Origin: Eledone cirrhosa
Lineage: Eukaryota
Assembly (NCBI GenBank): GCA_964016885.1
Contig: OZ024742.1
Span: 285,138,001-285,202,000 of the forward strand
Reading direction: 5' to 3'
DNA length: 64,000 nt
Shown: positions 1-13,686 of the stretch, piece by piece
How the letters are laid out: each line of letters starts with the position of its first letter
How positions within the stretch are numbered: position 1 is the stretch's first letter
Program-made: the position numbers and the translations under genes
Notes under the pieces: model-generated
Seen by the model: only the letters and a program-made list of their open reading frames with translations
Told to the model about the DNA's origin: nothing
Database searches by the model: none

Positions 1-497
1 GATTCAGTCCCACTGAAAATATTTAATTTGTTAATGCAAGAAATAATATTTACAAGGATGGAAGTGTAAATAAGCACTTTTAATTTCCACAGAAATTCGT
101 TAATAACATTAACAAATGGTTCGTATATCAAGTTATGTAGAAGAGTTCAGTTAAATTAGGAATTCTTCAAAACGAGTGGTTCTGTTTCATAAAACCAGAG
201 TTGGTATTAAAAGAATCGAATAGGCTATGTAGCCGGTAAACCCTAAAGGGACGCAACACGCATCGCTATAGTGTTTCATCAGCCCCTTCCTTCTTTTTGT
301 ATTTGTTTATGTGTAGATGAATGTGTGTACGAATGGACGAGTAAATGATTCTAACTTGTTTTTTAACAATTGATGGTGGAAAAGATTTTAGATTATTTCA
401 CCAATTGTCTTAAATCGGTCCGCAACTCATGATGTCTGACAATCTTACCGGCTACACAGCCTCTTCCTAAAAGAATTCAAGAAATAATTGTTTTTAC

Positions 498-680
498 TTT
501 TGACACAAGGCCAGCAATTATCTCAGTGCATTACTGGTTCTTTATTTTATCGGTCCTGTAAGGATGAAAGGCAAAGTTAACCTCGGCGGAATTTGAACTC
601 AGACCGTTAATGGCCGTAGCTCTATGCTGCAAAGCATGGCGTCTGACGCCCTACCGATACTGCCAATCTACCGCCCCTGA
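498..680 (-). mobile_element. tRNA-derived SINE (family recurring through the window)
   Basis: Minus strand has B-box-like GAGTTCAAATTCC followed by GCCGAGGTTAACTTTGCCTTTCATCC. Related copies lie at ~10220-10420, 41590-41970, 52840-53112 and 54928-55040. Boundaries approximate. Confidence 0.65.
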
Positions 681-2017
681 AGAAATAATGCATGGCACCT
701 CTCCAACTTTGTTTACATGTTTAGCCTACTGCAAATATTGATCAGAAGTATTCAGTAAAGAGAGCAGGGCTGCTGCTGGTACTCATTCCTTGCTGAGTGA
801 ACTAGAACGTGAAATGAAATGCCTTGCTCAAAAATACAAATCATGTCTGAGAATTAAACCCGCGACCTTATATGAATGTGAGGCCCAATACATTAAACAT
901 AGGTTATACACGTGGAACCCCCCCCCCCCCCCCCCAATTACATAGTTGTAGAAATATGTTCCTGTATATTAATGCAAGAAAATAATCTCATTTTTACAAC
1001 TATGAAATTTTTTTAAAATTTATTAATCTTTAACATAATCATCATTTACACTTTTGAAAATATAATTCTGCAAAATTTTATTTTAAAATAAATTCGGGTG
1101 GAGACATTAAACTAATTATGGCAAAGCAATTATATGTTGCACCAAATATTGCTTCTTATAATTCAATATATATTACCTAATTAACGTGTTTAAAATAATG
1201 AGAATTTGGAGGGATTTTGTAAAATAACTTCCATATTAAGATGGCGTTTGTCTTACAAAATTTTATGTAAGAACCACTATGTTCCAAACACCTGTTTAAT
1301 ATGAAAGTTATATTACTAAATCCCACCAAATTCTTCATTATTTTTTCAGTCTTTTGGAAATGTAATGAATGAGATAGTCATCATCATCATCGTTTAACAT
1401 CCATCTTCCACACTAGTATGGATTGGACGGGTTTGTCCCATTTGAGGCGAGATTGGTTGGCTAACTGTCTCTCGCTCGTATAGAACTGTTTCTGGCAAAT
1501 TCTTCATTAATTTAGTACATGTCATTAAAAATGGTAATGAATGACTTAAAAATTCAATTCGATTCTTCACAAGAAAAATATCAGCCTACTACATGGTCGT
1601 GAGTTTGATTCTTGGATCAGGCAGCATGTTGTCTCTTTGAGCTTTTCATGATAGGACTTAGGACCCTATTAAAGCAAATTTATGAGAAATTATTTATTCT
1701 ATTTATTTAATTTCTGAATTCTTGATTATTTGAAAATCACAGACTGCTTTTCATTAAGAATTTAATGAAAGGGTTAAAGTATATATTCGTCTAAAGAAAC
1801 TTTTGTTAATTTATGCTCCAACATCAGCTTAATAATGCGAAAATTATTTTAGTAAATTCTACGAATTCTTGACTATTTTCAAAGTGAATTTGAAAATCAA
1901 GTTTACAAATGGGTTAATTCTTCTCCAGCTTTTCCATAACTTCATTCAGAACTTGTAAGATTTTCTTAAATGTCAGTGAGAGGCTCTAATATTTTAAAAT
2001 TATTTTTCATGTCTCAG

Positions 2018-2113
2018 ACCACACCTTCCAGTAGTAATGGAAACACTCAAGTTGATGAAATGACATCCAAGGACTATTATTTTGACTCCTATGCTCATTT
2101 TGGTATTCATGAG
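2018..2113 (+). CDS. PRMT1: Protein arginine N-methyltransferase 1, first coding exon visible in window (upstream exon probably outside window)
   Basis: cag|ACC...GAG|gtaag; TTPSSSNGNTQVDEMTSKDYYFDSYAHFGIHE contains the type I PRMT YFxxY motif. Confidence 0.93.
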
Positions 2114-2314
2114 GTAAGCATTATTATTATTTGTCATGGTTTCCTCAAAGCTAATCCCTTTTCTAGCAAGAAAAAAATGGCCTTAAGACACTTGTTACTT
2201 GAGTTAATATCGTGTAATGTATAACAAAATGTCTAAAAACAGTTTTGTTAATTTAAATGTTTATGGTTTCTTAAGTGGCATACAAGAAAACAGAAAATTT
2301 GCAGTAAACTTTAA

Positions 2315-2611
<297 letters not shown>

Positions 2612-2896
2612 TGAAACTACCTGGTTCTGTGATATAGGCTTTTTGTTTAAAGTCTTTATCATCGTCATCACAATTTTTCGGCAATTTTCCATATATTTAT
2701 TTGAATGCCTTCCATCATAAGTGTGAAATATTATGTTCCAAACACTAACTTAGACGCAAAATATTCATGATGAGTGGCATATACAGAAATATATATATAT
2801 ATATCATCATTTACGTCTGTCTGCTTTTTCATGGTGATATGTCATAGTCAGATAAGGTTTTATGTCATCGTCATTGTGGAAGCAGGACATGAAACA

Positions 2897-2931
<35 letters not shown>

Positions 2932-3452
2932 CAAGTTTGAATAAGTTAATAATACAACTATATATATGGGCAAGAAAATTTAAAGCTCAATATGATTTTA
3001 TAGTCCACAACAAAGTTTACTCCATTGAATAAATTCCAGCCACAGCAGTGTTATAATTTCTAAGAGCATATATATATAAAATAGTTACAATCTCGCTTAC
3101 AAAATCAGAATATTTCTCTCACTGGTATATTAAAATGTGTGGTAATTTAATTGGACTCTAATGAACTATTCTTCTAAAAATGAACTTTCTCTCATTCCTG
3201 ATTAGTCTAGCGAAATGGTTGTAAGTCTGTTAAATGTTTTAATTTATTAATCCTTGTCTTAATATTTGTTATATATATATGTATGTGCAAGTATAGAAAA
3301 ACGGTTGGCCCGTGATTATAGTGGAAGACACTTAACCTCAAGCTCAGTCTAAAACAACCCATCCAATCTATGCCAGCCTGGAAAGTGGGGGTATGATGAT
3401 AATCTATTCCAAGTATAATCACTGCTACTGATGTTTGTTTGTTTTTGTTCAG

Positions 3453-3516
3453 ATTGAATGTTCTAGCATCATTGAATATGGTCAGAAGATAGTGGAAAAC
3501 AACCATCTTGACAATG
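3453..3516 (+). CDS. PRMT1: PRMT1 exon 3
   Basis: ttcag|ATT...G|gtgagt; IECSSIIEYGQKIVENNHLDN (post-I motif), ends phase 1. Confidence 0.95.
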
Positions 3517-5042
3517 GTGAGTAGTGTGTTAAGTCCTAGTATCTTTTTGTCTCTCTTTCTATTTTAGGAAGACATGGAAACATTTTGTGGCCTCAGAGGC
3601 ATGTTGAATGGAGAAGGTAGATAGGACTCAGTGACAGTAGGGTGTGTGGGGTGTGGATGTTGGATATGGTGTGAAGATGGAAAGTGAAACATTTTATTAA
3701 TAGACTGAGATGAAAGTGAATTGAAAGATGTATGCTGCAGGTGTGAAAAATGTCATGATTTATTGAAGCAAAAGTTGGTGATGAATGTGGAGCATAAAAA
3801 AAAAACTGGAATGAAAATAGTTTGAAGTATAAGTAGAATATTGCTCAAAGAGAGGAAGACAAACAATGAATTGCAGAAGATAATGGGAATAGAGCTAGTG
3901 GTGAATTTTGTGAAGAAAAATCCCTGTGCCTTATGTTCCAAGATATATTTACACCATGTACACTTGTGTATAAGTCGCAGTTATCTGAAAATTGTTTTTC
4001 AAACCCATAACTGACTTATTTATTGACCCTACAAACTCAATTCAAAATATATGGTACACTGTTTTGAATTTGCTTTGTGATATATATATATTTATCTAAA
4101 AACCTTTCATTATAATTTTATCTAAGAACCTTTATGTTCGAGACACCAAGTTATTTTATTAAATTCCTCCAAATTTGATTAAATTAAAAAAATCATAGGT
4201 AATCTGTTTCATTAAAAATATGACAATGGAAGGGTTAAAGTGTTGATACTTTTGCTAAAAACACCAGATAAACAGTAAGAAAGTTAGTTGTATAACTAAA
4301 TCTCTTTAAATTATAGACAGTGTCTCGCTTAAGTGGGACAGTTGCTTTAAATATAAAATACTTTTGCTCAAAATATCAAACGATTTATTCATTGGTTGGA
4401 ATGTTGCTCGTGAGTAATGTCTTAATAGAAATATGGAACGAAAGAATTGGACAACAATGTGTGTGTGTGTATATATATATAGAAGGGAAGGAAAGTGTTT
4501 AAGAAAAGAGAGAGAAAGAAATGTTTAAAAAGGAGTGAGAGATAGAAGAGAAATACAAACAGAAAAATGGCAAGACTTGCATAAGGGTAAGTTTCTATTT
4601 TACGTGGTTGGGCAATAGCCTGGTTTCAAGGTTGCCAAATTTCAAAGTCCCAATCTGTGTTTCAGTGAATTTAAAAAATTTATCATGGTTCTACAGATGA
4701 GGTTAATATCTGGAAAAATTAGTTCATCTCAGACCTCAAAACAACCTCATTCATTGCTATATTTATTGTAGTACAAGCAGTGGTACATACAGGCTGGACA
4801 GGATGTTTTTTTCTTTTTTCTGTAGGATGTGTGTTGAGCGAAGCAAGGGGTGCTTCTTTGTATGCTGATATAGGCTTGATTAAGAGTTGGGGTAAAGGCT
4901 GCGAGTAGGAGAGAACAATGGGGTGGGAGAGTGGTACATGTGGAGGCCTAAATGTTACACTTCTGCTTATTCACTACAGTCCCTGCACATGTGGGAAGGC
5001 CGATCTTCTAGAGCACGACTTACTGTCTTAGTAATGAAATCA

Positions 5043-7830
5043 CCATCATTTGTATGTCCATTTTTTTTACACTTACATGGGTTAGACGGGCCCTGCTCAG
5101 CACAGCATCTCTCCTTTCCTCTAAGTTTCAGTGATTTGAAGTCAGCTCTCACAACTTGAGCCCAGGTTTTTATCGGTCTACCTCTTCAGCGGCTTCCTTT
5201 CACTGGCAATTCTTCACCCATCGATCATCATCCATGCGCATTACATGTTCAAACCAATGCAGTCTTCTTTCCTGCACACCACCTTGGGTTCCTCCTAAAC
5301 CCAGCTTCTCCCTCAACTTGTTGAATCTCTGTCTTTCTGTCACACTTAGATTGTACATCCAATGAAGCATGACTTCTTCATGTCTCTCCAGTCTAGGCTT
5401 GTCTTCTGCAGCCACAGCGCATGTTTCAGTACCATGCAGCATCACAAATCACACACAGTTATCATATAGTTGTTCTTTTGTACATAGGGAGAAACATTTT
5501 GTGGTCAACAGTGAGAATAGCTAAACTTTTTCCATCCTATCCTTATTCTAGTTATGCTTCCATTGCTAATTAAATTACCTAGTTAACAGAAGTTATCAAC
5601 CACTTTTATGGTTCCTTTCTGTGACTGGAAAAGGTTTACATTATGGTACTCTTCCCCTTGATTACCCCTGTGCATCTTCTACATGCAAAGTCTTCTCTTC
5701 CTGTTAGTGTACCTGTTATCCCATTAACATTTCGTGTGTACCCAAGATTTACATTGTGTACATCGTATGGAGTTTATGCCTGCTCCCTTTTTACATATTG
5801 AGCAGAGCCACTTCCCTGAAGGAATCTGGGTCTTATCTTCTCTCCTACTCACTAGCACTTTAGTTTTGGCTAAGTTTACTATCAGCCTTTTTTATTCCAA
5901 ATTCTGTTTCCATAGTCAGAACTTATTTTCTAGTTCTTTAATGGATTTGGCTATAAGGACCAGATTGTCTGCATAGAGAAGTTCCCATGAGCAGCCAGTC
6001 TTAAACTCTTCTGTTATAGTCTGGAGGACTATAATGAATAATAGTGGGCTAAGAACTGAACCCTGATAAAATCCTACCTGTATTTTGAATTCCTCTCTAA
6101 ACTCATTTCTTTCTCTCACTTTGCTGACAACTCCACTGTACATGGCTTGTACTGCTCAAGCCAGCCAGTCTTCACCTAATTTCCTTAAGGAGCACCAGAT
6201 AATAAGATTGAGGTACTATGCCAAAGGCATTTTCTAGATCAACAAAAGCAAAATGTAGTGGCCTATTATTCTTGGCTAGGAACTTCTCTTGTAGTTGCCT
6301 CACTAAAAAGAGGTAATCTGTAGTACTTTTCCTAGGTATGAAACCAAACTGCATCTCATCCAATTTGACTCTTTCTCTAATTAGTTGTGCTATAACTCTT
6401 TCCATCACTTTCATAACATTGTCTATTAGTTTTATTCCTCTATACATTTTATGATTGTACTGCTGCGCCAGTCATTGGGTGTGACACCGTCCTGTATTAC
6501 TTGATCGAGTGTGTGGGTTAGCATCTGAGGAACTATCTCTGATGATGCCACAGCTTTACCATTTTTCATCTCTTCGATTGCTTCTGGGGGTAGTTTCACT
6601 TCCTCCCATTCATTCTCTACATTCATAGTAATATTTTCAGGCCTCTATCTTTAGAGTGACAGTGGTGCTAAATGCACCAGTGTCATTTCTGACACACTTT
6701 TCCCCAACAACATCATGATTTACCCTGATGTGGAATACTTAGTGTCTCTGATCCTCGTGTCTCACAACGTTGGCAAACTTTCTTTCTTCAGCCTCTCTCT
6801 CTCTGCTGTGTATATCTTGTCTAGCTTCTCTCTTAGCTATTGTCACCAATCACTACTACCCCCATTTTTCCAGGCTTTCCGTGACTGTTGCTTGGTTTTA
6901 ATGAACTGTTCCACCACCAGGTCACGTTCTATTTGGCTGGTACTTTGCTCCAGCCACAAGTCTCATTCGTAGTTCACAAAAGGCCATGCAAGAAATTCCA
7001 GTTGTCCTCTACATCATATGTACCTAGTTCGTCACCCTTCTCATCAAATGCATCCAATATAGCCTTTCTAAACATATATTTAACCAAGAGGTCCTTTAGC
7101 TTCCAAATGCTCTGTCTCCATATTTTCCTATCTTGTTCTGTCTTGTGCTTATTTGGATGTCACTAATAACTAACTTGTGTTAGGCGGTGCCTTCTTTCCC
7201 AGCGAAGGCCTTAGTGTTTATTACAGTTCATTTATCTCGTCTTACAAGTAATCAATTTGGCTTTTGTGTTCACTTGATATGTGATCAGGTGGCTGGCTGG
7301 TTTCCTGAAATTTATGTTCTAAATGGTTAGTTCATTTGCGTCACAGAATTCCAGGAACTTCAATCCTTCTTCATTTCTTGGGCCATAACCATAGCCGCTG
7401 TGAACTCTATTGAATCTGTCATGGTACTGCCCCACAAATCCATTGAAGTTGCCTGCCAGGATGATGAGGCCACCTTCATCGGTACCTGAAGCTGTCTGGA
7501 AAAGTTCCTCATAGAACCTGTCTTTTTGTACTTTACTCAGTCCTGCCTCTGGAGCATAGGTAGATCTGACACCATTCTATTTCCTACGGCTAATCTAAGC
7601 TTGATAATTATGTCACTGACTCTACTTCTGTCTATCCGTTTCTCAGCTAGTATGATGCCTCTGCCATTTCCTATTCAGTAGAGCTTGTATTTATGCTGTT
7701 TGTCAGCATATATCCACTTTTCTCTTAGCAGCTCCACAGTTTCACCCAATTTACTTTTCAGGGTGCCAACATTGAGGGTGGCAGTCCTGAGTTTTGTACC
7801 TTGACAATGACTATTTCCTTGGGTAGAAGT
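5043..7830 (-). mobile_element. Decayed near-full-length RTE-clade LINE in PRMT1 intron 3
   Basis: ORF fragments YRGIKL..DEMQFGF, QGSVLSPLLF..LLYADNL and LHGTETCA..RRLHWFEHVMRM, plus AP-endonuclease start ATLNVGTLK near 7780. Many stops and frameshifts. Confidence 0.9.
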
Positions 7831-8242
7831 TCTATGTATCTGAAAGGGAAAAGGGTTGTGCGATTGCTTAAGACTCTTGCACTTGGCTACACTGCCATGC
7901 GCAACACTAGCATAACTAGTGTTAGCCTTGTATATGCAATTAGTGAGAATAATATTTGTCACACTTTTCTTCTTTTTATTTCGTTGGATGCCCTTCCTAT
8001 CATCAACCGCTTTATAGTATGGACTGGGTGTATTATTTGTGCTGCCAGCACTAGAGAGCTTGTCATACTGGACTCGAGAGTCCTTTCCATTCTGTGTCTA
8101 CTCTTCTAGGCGGGTTGCCTTCGCTATCACTTATGGAGTTCGTATCTGCCCTAAAATGTTTAATTTTAGTAAATCCCTTAAAATTCTACAATGAATTGAA
8201 ATAGTGCATTTTATTAAAAATACTGTTGTGTGAAGGATTTAA

Positions 8243-8428
<186 letters not shown>

Positions 8429-9060
8429 TAACCAATATTATTTTTTATTTTTGTAGTTCTACTAGAGATACCAATCTGTATGATTGTTTTTGGCTCAAAT
8501 CTACTCAATGTATTCATCTTTCCTTACCCCTTTTGAAACAACGCACCCAAAATTGATCCTGGTTCTATGATGCAAAACTGTTTTAACTTTTAACATCCTG
8601 TACAGCATAAAACCTCATTAGAAAAGACATTGGGAAGTACAAAACAGCATCCTGTTAGCATCACATTAAAAATTAAGGTTTTCAGTTTAGTGCAAATTTT
8701 CACAATGATATGCCAACTTATTAAGACAGTATAAACATTTGAATTAACAAATATGTTTTTAGATATTTTCTGCTAAATCATTACAAGGTGTTAGTGTTTA
8801 TAAAAACATTTCATCATAATTTTATGTTAGAACTTGGTGTTTTAACCCTACCCAAATCCACTCGTTTTGAGTGGTTCCTATTTATATTATGATCTTCTAG
8901 CATAATTTTTTGTATAACGATATTTTAAGTTACTATCTCAGTAATGAAATAATTAAGTTAAGTAAATCCCACAAAATTCTTAAATAATTAATTGAAATGC
9001 TGTGTTTCAATAGAAATACAGTCACAAGGATTATACGTTTTTCATCAAATTTTTCTTTAG

Positions 9061-9156
<96 letters not shown>

Positions 9157-10439
9157 TAGTTCCTATGTCATGCTTTTGTTTTTATGCTTTTGGTATGTGT
9201 GTGTGTTTTTTTATGGTTTAGTACTGTATGGTGGTTCTCAGAGACCTAGGTTACATTCTTCCATTTGCAATCCTTAGTCTCCTTGAATCCTCCTCATTTT
9301 GAATTGTCATCTAGTAATTTTTCATTCAACCATTATATCAATATGAGCAACCTGAGCGCTGTACATGATAATTTCATTAGTATATTATGAAGCAGCAATC
9401 TTTTGTGAACTAATCAGGATCACCCATAAAGAGGAATAAGTGTCCTTCAGACATTACTGGCCATGGGTTTACCTCTCTGAGGTTCACGTCTGGGCAAGGA
9501 GTTATTGTAGAAGACCAGCAGTCGCCCATCCGTGCCAGTCTCTCCTCTGCGCCATTGATGTTGTCCATGGGTATGGCAAAAACCTATCCAGCTTGGCACC
9601 AGTGCTATTTTCCAGCAATGTGAAATGTCTTCCTTAAAGTCACAACATGCTAACCTGTCAGATAATTGAACTGAGGAAATTAGGATCATGAGCCTAGCAC
9701 CAAAACAATAATGCCATGCATTTTCACAACTTTTTTAGTTGGGTATATTGGTATTTCATTTCATATATACACTATTCTGTCGCAGTTTGGATTTCTTCCC
9801 TGGGAGCTAGGTGGCTTCTGTTTGAGAATTAGGGCAGTACCCATGATGCTATTCGGGGCATCCAAAATTGGTGGGAGAGAATAAGAAGGTATCTTCTGGT
9901 AGATGACCTGGTCTGAATGTTTACAACAGTGAGTTCTATTAATGGCAGTTGGGCGTCAACCAGATGTCTTACTAATTTGATAAGGTCACAAATGAAATTA
10001 TAATTTCAGTAAATCCTTCCCAAATTCTTCATTAATTAATTAAAATACAAAGTATTTCATTAGAAATACAGTAATGAAAGGGTATACTAGGTGACTAAAG
10101 CTACTGTCCAAGTAGGCTATGACAGTTTGAATTCAGAAGGCAAAGAAATTGAACAAATAGCACGAATATTGTCCAACACTATAACTACTCCACCAATACG
10201 CAACCATGAACAGGTGCTTGATTTTATCAACCCCCAAATCGATGAAAGGCAAAGTTGTTGACCTCGTGAAACTCCCATAAGTGTGTTGAAGTAACTCAGA
10301 ATGCAAAGAGCCAGAGGAAATATTGAATATTGTGGAACCTATCTGGCACTGACCATTGCTCTATTTATTGATAATGGACGAATGAAAGGCCAAGTTGATT
10401 TTAGTAGGATTTGGACTCGGACTTCAAGGCATTTTGCCA

Positions 10440-12282
10440 TTTTCCAAAGATATGAAGATGGGGAAGGCAACCAGTCCATCGGGTATAGCTACCGAGATGC
10501 TGAAGGCATCTGGGTCTGTAGGTCACACGTATTGTTAACCAGGTAATACTAGGTGTCATACCAAAAGATTTGTGCAGTAGCATCATTGTCAACTGCTACA
10601 AAGGTAAAGGTGATGCACTAGATAGAGGTATAAAGCTGATGGACCAGGTCATGAAAGTAACAGAAAGAGTTATAGCACAGTTGATTAGGGACCGGGTGAA
10701 ACTAGATGAGATGCAATTTGGGTTTGTACTAGGAAGAGGCACCACTGATGCCCTCTTCCTTGTCAGGCAGTTACAGGAAAAGTAGCTAGCTAAAAGTAAG
10801 CCACTCTACCTGGCATTCGTCAATCTCGAGAAAGCCTTTGACAGAGTTCCACGTGCTATAATCTGGTGGGCTCTTAGAAAACTAAGAGTAGATGAATGGC
10901 TTGTGAAAGCTGTACAAGCCGTGTATAGGGGAGCAGTCAGCAAAGTTAGGATTGGCAATGAGTATAGCAAAGAATTTAGCGTACAGGTCGGGGTCCACCA
11001 GGGCTCTGTTCTTACCCCTCTCATGTTCATCATAGTCCTGCAGGCAATAAGGGAGGAGTTTAAGACTGGATGCCCATGGGAACTCCTGTATGCAGATGAC
11101 CTCGCACTTATAGCTGAATCTATGGTAGAACTAAAGAAGAAATTCCAAACTTGGAAGCAGGGACTAGAAAGAAAGGGTCTCAAAGTCAACCTGACAAAGA
11201 CTAAGGTCCTTGTAAGTAGACGAGAAAACAGAACCCAGATCCCATCAAGGAAATGGCCTTGCTCAGTATGTAGGAAAGGTGTAGGTAGGAACTCCATTCT
11301 CTGCCCCAAATGCAAACAATGGGTACACAAGGGATGTAGCGGGATCTCAGGAAGCTTAATTAAGAATGTAGGCTTCACATGTAGCAGTTCTGCAAACAGC
11401 CACAAGAAACAAGTACCACCAATCTCTGGGAGGGCTCTGTAGAAACAGTAGATAGCTTCTGCTACTTAGGTGACCGAATTAGCAGCGGAGGTGGGTGTTC
11501 AGAAAGTACAATAACTAGGGTAAGAACGGGATGGAAGAAGTTCAGGGAGCTACTGCCACTGCTAGCTGCAAAAGGCTTTTCCCTCAAAATGAAAGGCAGG
11601 CTGTATGATGCGTGTATACGAACAGCAATGTTACATGGTAGTGAGACCTGGGCGCTGAAGTTGGAAGGTTTACGTAGATTAGAAAGAAACGAAGCCTGCA
11701 TGCTCCGATGGATGTGAAATAGTAATATGTGCGAACGGCAAAGCATAAATGAATTGAGAGAGAGACTGAGCATAAGAGGAATCAAATGCTGTGTGCAGGA
11801 GAGGCGGTTGCGCTGGTATGGACATGTGATGCGTATGAAGGATGACGGCTACATAAAAAGGTGCAGAGCACTAGAAGTCAATGGAAACCGCGGAGTGGGG
11901 AGACCCAAGAAGACCTGGGATGAGGTGATAAAAGCCGACCTTACCCAATTAAACCTCTCAAAGGCGGATGGCACACGACCGTGACCTCTGGCGTCACGCA
12001 GTAATACAGAGAACCCGACCTCCCACGGGTATAAGCTGAAGCTGAAGCATATAGACAATATGCCCCACACTCTCCCACTGCAAAGTGGTCGTGGAGGTGC
12101 CACGGCAAAAAAGCACCCAGCACTCACTGTAAATGAGGTTGGTGTTAGGAAGGGCATCCAGTTGTAGAAATCTGTTCCTGCATGAGCAAGGCATGGTCAG
12201 CCGACCAGACACTGCCCACAACAGGACAACCCGTTTAACCCATGCTAGCATAGAAGAAGGGACGTTAAACGGTGATGATGAT
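10440..12282 (+). mobile_element. 5'-truncated RTE LINE in PRMT1 intron 5
   Basis: RT fragments at 10570-10785, 10903-11442 (ELLYADDL) and 11727-11984, then a 3' UTR and (TGA)n tail. Closely similar to the 61335-63165 copy, with a few stops and indels. Confidence 0.93.
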
Positions 12283-13223
12283 TCTAATGTGTATAATTTT
12301 AACTGTTTTGTGACCATATTTCTAATGAAAATTCTACCTGTCTTTCAAGTTAGCTCAAATGCACAATGAAAAGTTTGAGCTTGTGTTCTACAAGCTACCT
12401 ATTTTGACCGTGTCTGTAGCTCCCATGAAGTCACATGTATTTTGTCTCAAGAGTTGGCATTTTAGTGTTTTGGGTTCAGTCTGGTTGCATAGCACCTTTG
12501 GCAAATGTGTCTCCAGATCATAAGTGAATTTGGTAGGTGGAACCTGCATAAACCTCAAAACAGATGACAAAGGACTGCAAGGGCTGGTGCTATGCTGAGC
12601 CGATGAAGATCCAGCCAACATCATACAACCTGGTCTGGCTTGTGCCCCCCACCCCCATACTCCTAGCAGCTATCTTCACCACTACACACTCATACCCCAT
12701 CTGTGGTGCCCCCCTGTCACACTCTAGTAGCTAATCTCACCACCCCGGTGGCTTCCACTATCATTCCATAGCTATTCTCTCCATTGCTATTCCTCCCCTT
12801 CCCGCCACCATATCCCCTCTCTATGCTATCAAAATTCACCCCTTCCCCTTTATCACCCTGTCAAATCATACCACATGTGCCATAACTTCATACTTATCTC
12901 CCTGCTATTGCTCCCATGCAACACTCTACAGAGCAGAGAGGGCTCTTCTGTTAGGACAAAGACATCTCTAGCATTGGTTCCAAGAAAATGCATATGGTAC
13001 ACCCTGTAAGGTGGTTGGCAACAGGAAGAGCACCCCGCTGTAGAAACCATTCCTAAAAAAGTTCAAGAGGACCCTTCAGTTGCGTTGCAGCTCAACAACC
13101 TTTCTAGTGTTGGTGAACGAAAAACTTAGAATTGTAATAATAAAACATGCCATTGGACAAGAACCTTATTAATTTTAATTCTTGAATAAGGGGGTGAATT
13201 TGCTAATTAAAAGTTTTTTCTGA

Positions 13224-13373
<150 letters not shown>

Positions 13374-13686
13374 TAGACTACAAATGTATTCTATTTACTT
13401 CAAAAGATAGATTTAACTCTTAACACCTAGGAATGATTCAGCAGAAACTGTCTACAGAAGGGCCTGGGCAGTTTGTTGTAAACATTTACAGTATCAGATT
13501 AAAGACTTCAATTTTTAATGTGATGCAGTTATATTGCTGTGTTACTAACGTAGTTTCATGTTATACAGAACATTGTCATGATTTAGCAGAAAATGCCTAA
13601 AAGCAGACTTGTTAATTCAAATGGTTATAATATCTTTATTTGTGCACAGATTGTTTTGAAAATTTGTATTTAACTTTAATATTTAA

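Noticed and set aside
228-456. TGTAGCCGGTAA / TTACCGGCTACA inverted pair, and a minus-strand CTGATGA-AACAC..GTGTT hairpin near 265-292
   Set aside because: No GAAA follows the stem, so it is not a hammerhead. The inverted 12-mer is better explained by two opposed SINE heads.
10806-11785. Long antisense ORFs over RTE copies (also 61770-62885)
   Set aside because: Shadow frames of the RT coding strand with no independent protein features.
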